A stretch of 64,000 nucleotides of DNA, taken from assembly GCA_020846635.1 (NCBI GenBank), contig JADLDO010000036.1, forward strand, positions 281,048 to 345,047, written 5' to 3'. The notes under the pieces are model-generated. The model did no database searches. It saw only the letters and a list, made by a program, of their open reading frames with translations, and had not been told where the DNA came from. A program made the position numbers and the translations under genes. Positions 31,121 through 41,091 of the stretch are shown here, one piece after another (within the stretch, counting starts at the first letter, position 1; each line of letters begins with the position of its first letter). The stretch is from Caldilineaceae bacterium. Its GTDB lineage: Bacteria > Chloroflexota > Anaerolineae > Caldilineales > Caldilineaceae.

Positions 31121-32326
31121 TCAGCGCACCACCAGCGCCTGCGCGCCGATCATCTCGGCACCTGCCCACCACTCCAACACGCCCACCTGTGTACCGGCAA
31201 GAAGGTCGCCCCTCGGCATATCAAGGCGGCGAAAACTACGCACCTCCGGCACGCCCGGTTGGTGCTGAAGCACAATCGGCGCTGCGCCGGTCGGATGCAT
31301 AAACCATACCCTTCCATTTTCGTCATAGACACGATTGATGATCGACAACTCGCGACCGTTTGCTGTATCCCACGCATAAGCCGAGCGAAAGGCATCATAC
31401 AGCTTAGTGGCATCCTCATATCGTGCTTGGCTCCCCATGATGACGAGCAAAACTGTTCGCCCATCCCGCTCGACACTTGCCACCAAACACTCACCCGCCT
31501 CGTCTGTCGTCCCTGTCTTAACCCCTGTGGCCCCGTCAAAGGTTGTTAGCCACTCGTTCGTGCTAGAGAGATCGCGTCCGTTCCACTGTACACGCGCCGT
31601 TCCCACCATCGACCGAAAGAGTGGATACCCCCATAGTTCGCGCGTCAGCATCAACAGGTCGGCGGCGCTGCTCACATGGCCTTGCGCGTCCAACCCATGC
31701 GCATTGACAAAGTGCGTCTGCGAGAGGCCAAGCTCTTGTGCGCGAGCATTCATGGCAGCAACAAAGGTCTCTACATTACCACCCATATATCGTGCCAACG
31801 CCGAAGCCGCATCATTGCCGCTGGGCAAGAGCAGGCCCCAAAGCAAATCTGTCACCGTCACGACATCACCCACAGCCAGGCCCATCGTTGCGCCCCCAAC
31901 CAAATCATCAGGCGCAATGTGGACAACCGCGTTTAAGTCACCCCGTTCAAAGACCAGTAGCGCTGTCATCAACTTGGTCAAACTGGCCGGGGCACGCGCG
32001 ACAGTGCTGTTGTGTTCGTAAAGTACTCTACCACTGCCCATGTCATAGAGCAGATAACTCGCAGCCGTAAGATCGGGCGTGTACGTCTGTTCAGCCCACG
32101 AACGCAGTTCCCCCACGGATACCCGCGCTGTGGGGCCAATTTCCCGATCCACCAGTTGCGGTGGCCCAAAGCCGCACAAAAAGAGTGCCATCCCCGCCAC
32201 CAGCAGCAAAAGCCGGCGCGCGCTCAATTGCGCCTGTTTGACGGTTCCAAGCGAGCCAAATACAATAACCCTCGTGCACGGTCGTGTGGGGCCGGGCAAG
32301 CGATGGATCATCGTTGAATTCCACAC
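31121..32326 (-). CDS. D-alanyl-D-alanine carboxypeptidase (peptidase S11)
   Basis: SLTK (SxxK), SGND (SxN) and KTGTT (KTG) motifs. Start ambiguous (GTG 32326 or ATG 32311). Confidence 0.8.
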   Translation of the reverse strand: MWNSTMIHRLPGPTRPCTRVIVFGSLGTVKQAQLSARRLLLLVAGMALFLCGFGPPQLVDREIGPTARVSVGELRSWAEQTYTPDLTAASYLLYDMGSGRVLYEHNSTVARAPASLTKLMTALLVFERGDLNAVVHIAPDDLVGGATMGLAVGDVVTVTDLLWGLLLPSGNDAASALARYMGGNVETFVAAMNARAQELGLSQTHFVNAHGLDAQGHVSSAADLLMLTRELWGYPLFRSMVGTARVQWNGRDLSSTNEWLTTFDGATGVKTGTTDEAGECLVASVERDGRTVLLVIMGSQARYEDATKLYDAFRSAYAWDTANGRELSIINRVYDENGRVWFMHPTGAAPIVLQHQPGVPEVRSFRRLDMPRGDLLAGTQVGVLEWWAGAEMIGAQALVVR

Positions 32327-32432
32327 CTTCTTGAATTTGAGTGACTTTAGTCGAGTGCAGCGTCACGCGCCAGACACATATCTACGAAACAGTTCCAAGA
32401 CACGCATCCAGCCGATGCATGAGGAGTAGACA

Positions 32433-32660
32433 ATGCCTCTTTACGAATACTTCTGTACATCCTGCCAGACAACTTTCGAGACATTACGACCCGCAAGAGA
32501 AGCAGATGAACCCGTCACGTGCCCCTCATGTGAGCACGCCTCCCCTCAGCGAATTCTATCCTTATTCGCCAACAGCGTCAAAACCAATGGCGAAGCCTCG
32601 CCTCTTCCAATGACCGCGGGGGGCGGCTGCTGTGGCGGCATGTGCGGCTGCCACAACTAA
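32433..32660 (+). CDS. FmdB-family zinc-ribbon protein
   Basis: MPLYEYFCTSCQ...VTCPSCEH (CxxC...CxxC) with a Gly/Cys-rich C-terminus. GAGGAG RBS. Confidence 0.75.
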   Translation: MPLYEYFCTSCQTTFETLRPAREADEPVTCPSCEHASPQRILSLFANSVKTNGEASPLPMTAGGGCCGGMCGCHN

Positions 32661-32707
32661 TACGGCTTCTTGCCTGGTAATCCAGGCCATAACCAGTGCC
32701 CTCAAAA

Positions 32708-32755
32708 TGAGAGCCTCCTGTGCTAGACGTGAATGTCTAGCACAGGAGGCTCTCA
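32708..32755. terminator. bidirectional terminator hairpin between convergent genes
   Basis: Perfect 20-21-bp stem GAGAGCCTCCTGTGCTAGAC / GTCTAGCACAGGAGGCTCTC with loop GTGAAT. Short T-runs lie on both sides. Confidence 0.75.
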
Positions 32756-32792
32756 CCATTTGTCCCGCCTACACGGGCTCTTTCACTTTCCG

Positions 32793-33947
32793 CTACTGCC
32801 CACCCGCCGTAATCTCAACCTCAGCCGGTGTATAGTCAGCGCCCATCGTATCCTCTTTGATCCCCTCAAGGGCCGCCTGAGCGTACTCGGTCACATAGGC
32901 TCCCTCAGTCGGCGGCTCGGCGATCACGTCAAACTGCACCGCAATATCGGCAGTCTGTTGGAAGATCGCAGGATCCATCTGTCCAATGCCGGCGCTTGAA
33001 GGCCAGATCAGCTTATTAACCTCGTTCATCATCCATGTTTGATGGCCGCGCGGCAGGGCTGGCCCTTGTTCCAATACATAGTCCACGCAGGCATCCACAT
33101 TGTCACGGCAAAAGATCCAGCCGCGGAATGACGCCCGCAGGAAGCGCACAGCAATCTCCTGGTTCGCCTCATCCGCCAGCCACTCCTCAGTGGTAAAGAT
33201 CCCATCCTGAAGCATGGCAGTGCCTTCTTCGTTAAAGTCGATAACACTCAGTTGATCCAACTGGAACAACTCGCCCGTCGCCGGATCGGCAGTTTCCAAC
33301 ACCTGCGCCAACTCATTGTAGGTCATCGCCGCGGCAGCATCGACCTGGCGCTCGATCAGTAAATTCATATCAAAGGGCTGTTGCACCAATTCAACATCAG
33401 TATCCTTGTCAATATTATGCTTCGCCAGCGTTGCCAACAGCTCAAATTCGTTTCCGCCAAACCAAACCGCCACACGCTTGCCACGCAGATCCTCCGGCGA
33501 AGTAATCTTGGAGTCAGCCCATGAAATCTCGCGCATGGCGCTGCGCTCAAAGACCTGCGCCACATTCACCAGATTTGTCCCTTGTTCACGCGCAGAAAGA
33601 AGACTGGGCACAAAATCAATGCCGAAATCTGCCTGCCCACCTGCTACCACCTGTTCGGGCACAATATCCGGCCCGCCAGGATTGATCGTCACATCCAGAC
33701 ATTCAGCCTCATAGAAGCCCTCGCCCGCGGCTGCATAGTAACCGGCAAACTGGGCCTGTGCCACCCACTTCAACTGGAGCGTCACTGGATCGGGTGTCGT
33801 GCAATCGCCTGCCGCCTCGCCTCCTCCAGCCGCAGCTTCCGCGGCGGGCTCATCTGCCGGTGCTGCGGGCGCAACCGCCGGAGCCGCACAAGCCGCCACC
33901 ATCGCCAACACCAGCAGCATTCCCAACCACAAAGCACTTCGTCGCAT
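32793..33947 (-). CDS. ABC transporter substrate-binding lipoprotein, NMT1/THI5-like (SsuA/ThiY class)
   Basis: Lipobox-like LAMVAAC. LQLKWVAQAQFAGYYAA is typical of NMT1-type binding proteins. ATG 33947 has an AAGGAGAG RBS. Confidence 0.8.
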   Translation of the reverse strand: MRRSALWLGMLLVLAMVAACAAPAVAPAAPADEPAAEAAAGGGEAAGDCTTPDPVTLQLKWVAQAQFAGYYAAAGEGFYEAECLDVTINPGGPDIVPEQVVAGGQADFGIDFVPSLLSAREQGTNLVNVAQVFERSAMREISWADSKITSPEDLRGKRVAVWFGGNEFELLATLAKHNIDKDTDVELVQQPFDMNLLIERQVDAAAAMTYNELAQVLETADPATGELFQLDQLSVIDFNEEGTAMLQDGIFTTEEWLADEANQEIAVRFLRASFRGWIFCRDNVDACVDYVLEQGPALPRGHQTWMMNEVNKLIWPSSAGIGQMDPAIFQQTADIAVQFDVIAEPPTEGAYVTEYAQAALEGIKEDTMGADYTPAEVEITAGGQ

Positions 33948-34013
33948 AAGCTCTCTCCTTGCGCCACATATCAAAACGGTTATCAACCAATGGACACCCC
34001 TCAGTCATGCACC

Positions 34014-34042
34014 CCTCCCGGAAGCTCAGGGCTTCCGGGAGG
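34014..34042. repeat. REP-like hairpin copy (CCTCCCGGAAGC-TCAGG-GCTTCCGGGAGG)
   Basis: 12-bp perfect stem in the permease-to-binding-protein spacer. Confidence 0.75.
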
Positions 34043-34076
34043 ATCTTCGCGGCTATTCCCGAACCACGACCACCAC

Positions 34077-34889
34077 CTATCTCTCCTCAACCCGTCGTGA
34101 ACTCTGCCACGGCATCAGCACCCACTCCACACCGACAACCGCCAAGTAAAAAATGAGCCCAATCAAACAGGCCACCACAATCGCCGCCCAGGCATTCGTT
34201 GTATGCAAAATGTTGGCCTCGGTCTTGATATAGACGCCCAAATACTTCACCGACCCGCCAAAGAACTCTGCCACAATCGCACCGATCATGCTCAGGGTTG
34301 TGCAGATCCGAAACGCATTGAACAGATAGGGCAGCGCCGCCGGTACGCGCAGTTTGCGAAAAGTCTCCCATTCCGTAGCTGCATACGAGCGCATCAATTC
34401 CACTTCTGCCGGAGAAACCGCCATCAACCCGCGCACAGTGCTGACCAACGTCGGAAAAAAGCACATGATCGCCACAATTGCGATCTTCGAACCTTCACCG
34501 ATGCCAAACCAAACAATTGCCAACGGAGCCATCGCCACAATCGGCACAGAGTTGGAGGCCACTGCCAACGGGATCAGCACATCGGAGATCGTCTGCGACC
34601 GCGCGGTGACCATCGCCACCAGAATCCCCAGCCCACAGCCAATGGCAAAACCAAAGAAGGCTTGGCGAAAGGTATTAAAGCCATAGAGCAGCAGCGTCCC
34701 GGCATTACTCACAAAGGTCGTCAGGATGGCGCTCGGTGGCGGCAGCAGGAAGACAGGCACTTGCAGAAGCCGTACCGCTGCCTCCCACAGCGCCATAACC
34801 GCCACAAAAACGATCAGCGGGGCCAGCCATTTGTTCTCACCCATTGGCTGCCTGGCCGCACTTGGCACAACACGACCCGCTGCCGTCAT
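34077..34889 (-). CDS. ABC transporter permease (BPD_transp_1, SsuC/TauC-like)
   Basis: Six TM segments and an EAA-type loop (MRSYAATEWETFRKLRVPAALP). Confidence 0.85.
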   Translation of the reverse strand: MTAAGRVVPSAARQPMGENKWLAPLIVFVAVMALWEAAVRLLQVPVFLLPPPSAILTTFVSNAGTLLLYGFNTFRQAFFGFAIGCGLGILVAMVTARSQTISDVLIPLAVASNSVPIVAMAPLAIVWFGIGEGSKIAIVAIMCFFPTLVSTVRGLMAVSPAEVELMRSYAATEWETFRKLRVPAALPYLFNAFRICTTLSMIGAIVAEFFGGSVKYLGVYIKTEANILHTTNAWAAIVVACLIGLIFYLAVVGVEWVLMPWQSSRRVEER

Positions 34890-35710
34890 GCCTCCCCCTC
34901 AGACACGACCCCCGCGCTGACCACCGCACTACCCACAAATTCCTCCTTGAGCGTCTCCCGTACCGTCGTCACTAACTCAAAGAAGCGGCTGCTTTCACGT
35001 GTTTCAAAGGTGCGCGGATAGGGCAGGTCAACCGGAATCACTGCCGCGATCTTGCCAGGGCGCGGCGTCATCACCACGATGCGCGAGGAAAGAAAAACCG
35101 CTTCGGGAATTGAATGGGTGACAAAGATCAGCGTCTTGTGCGTCCTCTCCCAAATCCGCAGCAGTTCCAGATTCATGCGCTCGCGTGTAAACTCATCCAG
35201 CGCGCCAAAGGGCTCGTCCATGAGCAAAAGCGCCGGGTCAAAGGCCAACGCCCGCGCAATCGACGCCCGCTGCTGCATGCCGCCGGATAACTGCCACGGA
35301 TAGTGATGGTGAAAATCCTGGAGTCCTACCATTTCCAACATTTCCACGGCACGCGCCTTCCAGTCAGCCGTAGCGCCATGCATGATCTCCAGCGGCAACT
35401 CCACATTCTTCAACACCGTCCGCCACTCCAAGAGCGTGGGCGCTTGAAAGACGAAGCCATAGTCGCGATCCAAGCGCGCCTGATGCGCCGACTTCTCCAT
35501 CACGCGCACGCTGCCACTACTCGGCGCAATCAAATCAGCCACAATCCGCAGCAACGTAGACTTGCCACAGCCCGACGGCCCGACCACCGAAACGAACTCC
35601 CCTTGTGCAATCGACAAAGAGATATCTTGCAGGGCCAGCGTCCCCGTCCCCACATCGCCAAACAGCTTATTGACTTGTGCAACTTCAACTACAGTGGGCT
35701 GAACAGCCAT
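34886..35710 (-). CDS. ABC transporter ATP-binding protein (SsuB/TauB-like)
   Basis: Walker A GPSGCGKST, signature LSGGMQQR and Walker B LLLMDEP. Confidence 0.9.
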   Translation of the reverse strand: MAVQPTVVEVAQVNKLFGDVGTGTLALQDISLSIAQGEFVSVVGPSGCGKSTLLRIVADLIAPSSGSVRVMEKSAHQARLDRDYGFVFQAPTLLEWRTVLKNVELPLEIMHGATADWKARAVEMLEMVGLQDFHHHYPWQLSGGMQQRASIARALAFDPALLLMDEPFGALDEFTRERMNLELLRIWERTHKTLIFVTHSIPEAVFLSSRIVVMTPRPGKIAAVIPVDLPYPRTFETRESSRFFELVTTVRETLKEEFVGSAVVSAGVVSEGEA

Positions 35711-35737
35711 GCCCCATCCTTTTATCTTCTGATCAAT

Positions 35738-36592
35738 TTAACCATCACGACCCGGCGCGCGCCAGCGCACGACCCACCGTTCCGCCAGAGCGACAGCGCC
35801 ATAAAAAACCAGCCCCAGGAGCGCCGCCATTAAAATCGTCGCCCACAGAAAGCCTGGATTGAAAGTGTTGTATTGCGACCCCACCACCAACTGCACGCCC
35901 AGCCCGCGCGTTGACCCAACCGGCAGTTCCCCGATGATCGCACCGATCACACTGGCAGTCGCCGAAATCTTCAACGCCGTGAACAAAAACGGCACTGATG
36001 CCGGCAAGCGCAACTTGAAGAAAATTTGCGCCTTCGAAGCAGCATACGAGTGCATCAGCGCCAGTTGATCGCGTTGCACCGAAGTCAGCCCGCGCAATAC
36101 ATTGATCGTCACCGGAAAGAAGGTGAGATAGGCAGCGATGATCGCCTTCGACAGCCACGGTGGCGCGCCCATGCGCCCAATGCCCACCACGATCATCGGC
36201 GCAAGGGCAATGATCGGCACCGTCTGCGAGGCAATCACATAGGGCAGCAGTCCCCGCTCGGCGGGTTTCACATGCACAAACAGCACTGCCAACAGAAAAC
36301 CCGACACCCCACCCAACGCAAAACCCAACACCGCTTCAAGTCCTGTGTAGAGTGTATCGCCCAACAAGACCCACAGTGTCATCCCTTTGGGCGTAGGGCG
36401 GGTCAAGGACTCAAAGATCATGCTGATATGAGGCAGCTTGTAATCAGGCAGTGCAAAGAGTGACTTGGCCCCTTCCCACAGCCCCACAAAGATCAGCAGC
36501 GCCACCGCAAAAATGAGGCCGCGCCGCAGCCCATTTGAGCGCGGCGATTTGATCACAGGAGTTGTCCCCGCCAATGCCATTGACTTAGCCAT
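35738..36592 (-). CDS. ABC transporter permease (second, paralogous)
   Basis: EAA-type loop MHSYAASKAQIFFKLRLPASVP. ATG 36592 overlaps the coxL-like stop by 8 nt. Confidence 0.85.
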   Translation of the reverse strand: MAKSMALAGTTPVIKSPRSNGLRRGLIFAVALLIFVGLWEGAKSLFALPDYKLPHISMIFESLTRPTPKGMTLWVLLGDTLYTGLEAVLGFALGGVSGFLLAVLFVHVKPAERGLLPYVIASQTVPIIALAPMIVVGIGRMGAPPWLSKAIIAAYLTFFPVTINVLRGLTSVQRDQLALMHSYAASKAQIFFKLRLPASVPFLFTALKISATASVIGAIIGELPVGSTRGLGVQLVVGSQYNTFNPGFLWATILMAALLGLVFYGAVALAERWVVRWRAPGRDG

Positions 36593-38945
36593 CTGCACTT
36601 TCCAACGTTGCCCGCGCCTCCTGCACCAATTCAAACAAACGATTCGGACTCAACGGAATCTCGCGGATCTCTACCTTGAGATCCGCCAGCGCATCTTCAA
36701 CCGCCTGGGCAAAGAGAGGCCCCACGGGAATCGCGCCCGCCTCGCCCGCACCCTTGATCCCCAGCGGATTCAGCGGGGAAGGGGTATCGACATGGTCGGT
36801 TTCAATGTGCGGCATGACATCCGCCGTCGGCAATAGAAAATCCATAAACGAGGCATTGAGCAACTGCCCATTCTCGTCCCAGACCAACTCCTCGTAAAAG
36901 GCGTTACCAATCCCTTGCGCCACGCCACCGTGGATCTGCCCCTCCAGGATCATCGGGTTGATCACCGTACCACAGTCATGCACCACAAGATAGCGCTTGA
37001 TCTCCACCAAGAGCGTTTCGGCATCCACCTCGACGATCATGGCATGCACACCGCTGGCAGTCGCCCCCCGTTCCGGCCCAAAGTAGTCGGTGGCTTCCAG
37101 TCCAGGCTCACTCCCTGGACGCACTGCCCCACGCAACGGATTGGCGCGTGCCGCCAGTTCGCCCAGGGCAATCGCTGAATTCGGCGAACCCTTGACGCGC
37201 ACGACACCATCGACCAATTCCAAATCTTCAATCGCCGCTTCCAATTCATCACTAGCCTTCTGCAAGACCTTATTGCGTACCGTCACAGCAGCCGCATGGA
37301 TGGCGTTGCCGGCGACCACCGCACCGCGGCTGGCAAAAGTGCCCGCTCCCCAGTAAAACTGGGCCGTATCGCCCGTCACCAAATGCACATCTTCGACCGG
37401 CACGCCCAACTGTTCGGCGACAATTTGGGCAAACGATGTGTAATGCCCCTGCCCTTGCGTCCCCACGCCTGTGGCAACGCTGACGCGCCCACTGACCTCC
37501 ACCGTGACCTTCGCCCCCTCATAAGGGCCAATCCCCGTCCCTTCGACATAGGTCACAAGCCCCAGCCCCACATGCTTACCCTGGGCGCGCAGCCGCGGCT
37601 GTTCTTCCTTCACGAATTTCTCATAGCCGATCAGTTCAACCGCTTTTTCCAGCGCCACGGCATAGTTGCCACTATCGTAAATCAGCGGTTCAAAATCCTG
37701 GTAAATAATCTCATTGTTATACGGAAATTTCTCCGGCGGGATCAAATTGCGGCGGCGAATCTCCACCCGGTCGATGCCAAGTTCCCGCGCGGCAATATCC
37801 AGCAGCCGCTCCATCACAAAGACGCCATGCTGCCGTCCCGCGCCGCGATAGGGCGTTACAATCGGCTTATTGGTAAAGACAGCCCTAAACTCTGACTCGT
37901 AGTGAGGCACATCATATTGCCCCAGCAGTGTGCATTGGCTGTTGATCGCCACCGTTAAGCCATAGGGCGCATAGGCTCCGGCATCATGCAAGAAAGTATC
38001 CTTGACACCTAAGATGCGCCCATCCGCGGTCAGCGCGATCTCAGCCTCATGCACCTGACCCCGTTCCTGGGTAGTAGCAAAGAAATTCTCCTGCCGATCC
38101 TCAATCCATTTGATCGGGCGGCCCAATTTCATGCTCATCCACGGCAGCAGCACTTCTTCGGGATAGAACATCATGATCTTTGGCCCAAAGCCGCCGCCGA
38201 TAAAGGGCGCAATCACCCGCACCTGTTTTTCCGACAATCCCAGCATCCTCGCCAAGCCATTGCGGATGGCAATCGGGGCCTGTGTCGTGTCCCACAGCGT
38301 CAACTGTTCGCTCTTACTGTCCCAATCGGCAACAATCCCCCGGTTTTCCATTGCCGCTGCTGTACCCCGGTCATAGCGAAACGAACGCTTGATTACTTTG
38401 TCCGCGTGTGCAAGCGCCAATGCATAATCGCCCTTACGTTGCACAACATGGGCATTGAGATTTTGCTCAAGACCCTCATGAATGAGAGGCGCACCGGGCA
38501 GCAGCGCATCCTCGATCTTCACCACCGCAGGCAGAGGCTCATAGTCGACCAGCACCCGTTCGGCTGCATCCTCGGCAATATAGCGGCTCTCCGCCACCAC
38601 CACGGCAACCGGCTCCCCCACATGACGCACCTTCCCCTTCGCCAATGGAACCTGCGTGCGCGCATGAAAAACGGTACCTTCAATCGGAGGGGGAGGCAGC
38701 AACAACGGCCCCGGCTTCCAATACGTGCCCAAGTCCTCCGCTGTATAGATCGCCAGCACACCCGGCATAGCCGATGCCTCATCCACATCGATCCCCGCTA
38801 TCCTCGCATGGGCATATTGGCTGCGCACAAAGGCAGCATGCAGCATACCCGGCAGGTGGACATCGTCGGTAAAGAGAGCTTGCCCGGTCAGCAGGCGGGG
38901 ATCCTCGTTGCGCCGGATCGGTTTGCCAAAATAACGTGTCGCCAT
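36585..38945 (-). CDS. molybdopterin-dependent hydroxylase large subunit (xanthine dehydrogenase/CoxL family, form II-like)
   Basis: GKPIRRNEDPRLLTG N-terminus and active-site loop VTPYRGAGRQ (AYRGAGR-type, not AYXCSFR). Alternative start at 38960. Confidence 0.85.
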   Translation of the reverse strand: MATRYFGKPIRRNEDPRLLTGQALFTDDVHLPGMLHAAFVRSQYAHARIAGIDVDEASAMPGVLAIYTAEDLGTYWKPGPLLLPPPPIEGTVFHARTQVPLAKGKVRHVGEPVAVVVAESRYIAEDAAERVLVDYEPLPAVVKIEDALLPGAPLIHEGLEQNLNAHVVQRKGDYALALAHADKVIKRSFRYDRGTAAAMENRGIVADWDSKSEQLTLWDTTQAPIAIRNGLARMLGLSEKQVRVIAPFIGGGFGPKIMMFYPEEVLLPWMSMKLGRPIKWIEDRQENFFATTQERGQVHEAEIALTADGRILGVKDTFLHDAGAYAPYGLTVAINSQCTLLGQYDVPHYESEFRAVFTNKPIVTPYRGAGRQHGVFVMERLLDIAARELGIDRVEIRRRNLIPPEKFPYNNEIIYQDFEPLIYDSGNYAVALEKAVELIGYEKFVKEEQPRLRAQGKHVGLGLVTYVEGTGIGPYEGAKVTVEVSGRVSVATGVGTQGQGHYTSFAQIVAEQLGVPVEDVHLVTGDTAQFYWGAGTFASRGAVVAGNAIHAAAVTVRNKVLQKASDELEAAIEDLELVDGVVRVKGSPNSAIALGELAARANPLRGAVRPGSEPGLEATDYFGPERGATASGVHAMIVEVDAETLLVEIKRYLVVHDCGTVINPMILEGQIHGGVAQGIGNAFYEELVWDENGQLLNASFMDFLLPTADVMPHIETDHVDTPSPLNPLGIKGAGEAGAIPVGPLFAQAVEDALADLKVEIREIPLSPNRLFELVQEARATLESADG

Positions 38946-38946
38946 A

Positions 38947-39495
38947 TCACTCGGCCTCATGCGACATCGTGTGTGATCCTGTCTGTGATCTCGTCTGTGG
39001 CCTCATCTGTGACATAACAGCCGCCGCTACCTTTACCGCCTCAACAATGTTCTGATAGCCAGTGCAGCGACAAATGTTCCCGGAGATAGCAGAACGGATC
39101 GTATCTTCGTCTGGATCGGGATTCTCCTGCAAAAAAGGCAGCAGCGTCATCAAAAAGCCAGCCGTACAATAGCCACACTGGAGTCCATGCTTCTCGCGAA
39201 AGGCCTCTTGCAACGGGTGCAACTCCTGGGGCGAAGTCGCCAGCCCCTCGACGGTCATCAGTTCATGCCCATCGCTCTGCACTGCCAGCATAATACACGA
39301 ACGCACCGCCTGCCCATCCATCAAAACCGTACAGGCCCCACAAGAGCCATGCTCACAGCCGACGCGTGTCCCTGTAAGCTCTAGCACATGGCGCAAAAAA
39401 TCGCTCAAAAGCATACGCGGCTCAACGGTGCGCGTCACAACCTGACCGTTGACAGTCACCGTAAAAGTCACCCAAGAATCACTGATCGCGACCAC
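38947..39495 (-). CDS. (2Fe-2S)-binding small subunit (CoxS-like)
   Basis: GCEHGSCGACTV and GLQCGYCTAG...NICRCTGY motifs. Confidence 0.85.
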   Translation of the reverse strand: MVAISDSWVTFTVTVNGQVVTRTVEPRMLLSDFLRHVLELTGTRVGCEHGSCGACTVLMDGQAVRSCIMLAVQSDGHELMTVEGLATSPQELHPLQEAFREKHGLQCGYCTAGFLMTLLPFLQENPDPDEDTIRSAISGNICRCTGYQNIVEAVKVAAAVMSQMRPQTRSQTGSHTMSHEAE

Positions 39496-39566
39496 AATCT
39501 TTGTCCCATCCTACGCGCATTTAGGAGGCATCTACTTCTAGAGCCATCTCTAAAATTCGTCGCACT

Positions 39567-40151
39567 TCACTCCATCTCCACACCGAGCAGGCTGGCAATA
39601 ACACCCATTTCACCGACGTGTTGGTAGGGATGGGTGAGGGCCAAGTTCATCAGGACTTTGCCCCTAGACCATCCAATATAGTTTTCAAGCAATCCCACCG
39701 CGCGTGGCCCAGCCAGCCCTTCGTCAAAGAGAATCACGCGCAGGCGATCTTCCTTCATCGTCTCGTCTAGGCTATCCATATTCAATTGAGCGATGATCTC
39801 ACACGTTCGTAGATGGACAGCGCGCGCGTAATCGTGGAGCGCCTGCAAATCGATGCGCTGATTGAGCTCATCCACCTCGGCAAAGGTCATCTCAGAGCCG
39901 CCGTGTCGCCAGGGCACGTTCATACGTGACATCCACTGCCCTTCATCCAACACTTGTGGGAGATCGACGATAAAGCGGTTCATTGCCGCATCTTCCACCC
40001 GCGTGAGATGCCACAAATTCCATGCAATGGAGTTGACGCGTGGATGCGGGCGCTGGCGCATCAAATCGTGCGGCACTGCTTCCCAGAAACCAGCCAGCCA
40101 GAAATCATAGAGAACGGTATATCGCTGCAAGAAAAGTTGTTGTACATTCAT
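39567..40151 (-). CDS. DinB family protein
   Basis: Four-helix DinB_2-type pattern with His ligand candidates (WNLWHLTRVED, THPYQHVGE). Confidence 0.7.
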   Translation of the reverse strand: MNVQQLFLQRYTVLYDFWLAGFWEAVPHDLMRQRPHPRVNSIAWNLWHLTRVEDAAMNRFIVDLPQVLDEGQWMSRMNVPWRHGGSEMTFAEVDELNQRIDLQALHDYARAVHLRTCEIIAQLNMDSLDETMKEDRLRVILFDEGLAGPRAVGLLENYIGWSRGKVLMNLALTHPYQHVGEMGVIASLLGVEME

Positions 40152-40192
40152 CGCTAAACGCCTGACCTACTGTTTCGCTTGCAAAATAGCTT

Positions 40193-41077
40193 CTATTTAA
40201 GCACAACCCCGGCTCGACCAAACGCTTCACGCAATGCACGTCGTCCTAACACTTGAGCAAGGTGTCGTCGATACTTCACGCTGGCATGGATGTCACCGGA
40301 TGGGTCCAAATCCATCTTCGCCGCCGCTTCTGCCGCAGCCTCAATCAACGCCACGGTCGGGCGTTCTCCCACCAGCAGATTGGCCGCGCCCAACGCCACC
40401 ACAGGCCCATCACCCACACCAAAGTAGACCATCCGCGCCGCGCTGCATCGCTCTTCCCCATCCACTTCCACATGCACAGCAATTCCTGCCAGGGCATAAT
40501 CACCCTGCCGCCGCACAATCTCTTGAATGGCAAAACCGCTGCGTTGCGGTTGGGAAGGCAATTCAATCTCTGTCAGCACTTCATCTGGCGCGAGGCCGGT
40601 CGCGAAAAGGCCAACGTAAAAGTCACTCACCTCAATCCGCCGCTCGCCGCCCGGTCCACACACCACCAACGTCCCTCCCAACGCCGAAACAACCGCAGGC
40701 AGCTCCGCCGCAGGGTCGGCATGGGCCAGGCTCCCGCCAATCGTGCCGCGGTTGCGAATCTGCACATGGGCGATCAAAGGCATGGCCGCGCTGAGCAGCG
40801 GCACACGCTGCGCCACCAACGGCGACTGCTCAACCTGCCGCTGCCGCGTCATCGCACCGATCCGCAAACCGCCCGTTGCCGCCCGCTCGATATAGCCAAG
40901 AGTCGGGATGCGATTCAGGTCGATCAATACGCCAGGCTGCGCCAGCCGAAAGTTCATCGTCGGGATCAAACTTTGACCACCGGCCAACAACTTAGCCTCA
41001 TCGCCAAATTGTGACAGCACGTCCACCGCTTCATCGAGCGTGGTGGGTGCCAGATAGCGAAACGGAGCAGGCTTCAT
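40193..41077 (-). CDS. FAD-binding medium subunit of molybdenum hydroxylase (CoxM-like)
   Basis: LLAGGQSLIP and RNRGTIGGSLAHADPAAE motifs (FAD_binding_5). Confidence 0.85.
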   Translation of the reverse strand: MKPAPFRYLAPTTLDEAVDVLSQFGDEAKLLAGGQSLIPTMNFRLAQPGVLIDLNRIPTLGYIERAATGGLRIGAMTRQRQVEQSPLVAQRVPLLSAAMPLIAHVQIRNRGTIGGSLAHADPAAELPAVVSALGGTLVVCGPGGERRIEVSDFYVGLFATGLAPDEVLTEIELPSQPQRSGFAIQEIVRRQGDYALAGIAVHVEVDGEERCSAARMVYFGVGDGPVVALGAANLLVGERPTVALIEAAAEAAAKMDLDPSGDIHASVKYRRHLAQVLGRRALREAFGRAGVVLK

Positions 41078-41091
41078 GCCGCCAAAACCCC

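Noticed and set aside
36585-41077. CoxMSL-like genes as an aerobic carbon monoxide dehydrogenase.
   Set aside because: The large-subunit active-site loop is PYRGAGR (form II type) rather than the AYXCSFR loop of bona fide CODH. No coxDEF/G accessory genes are present.
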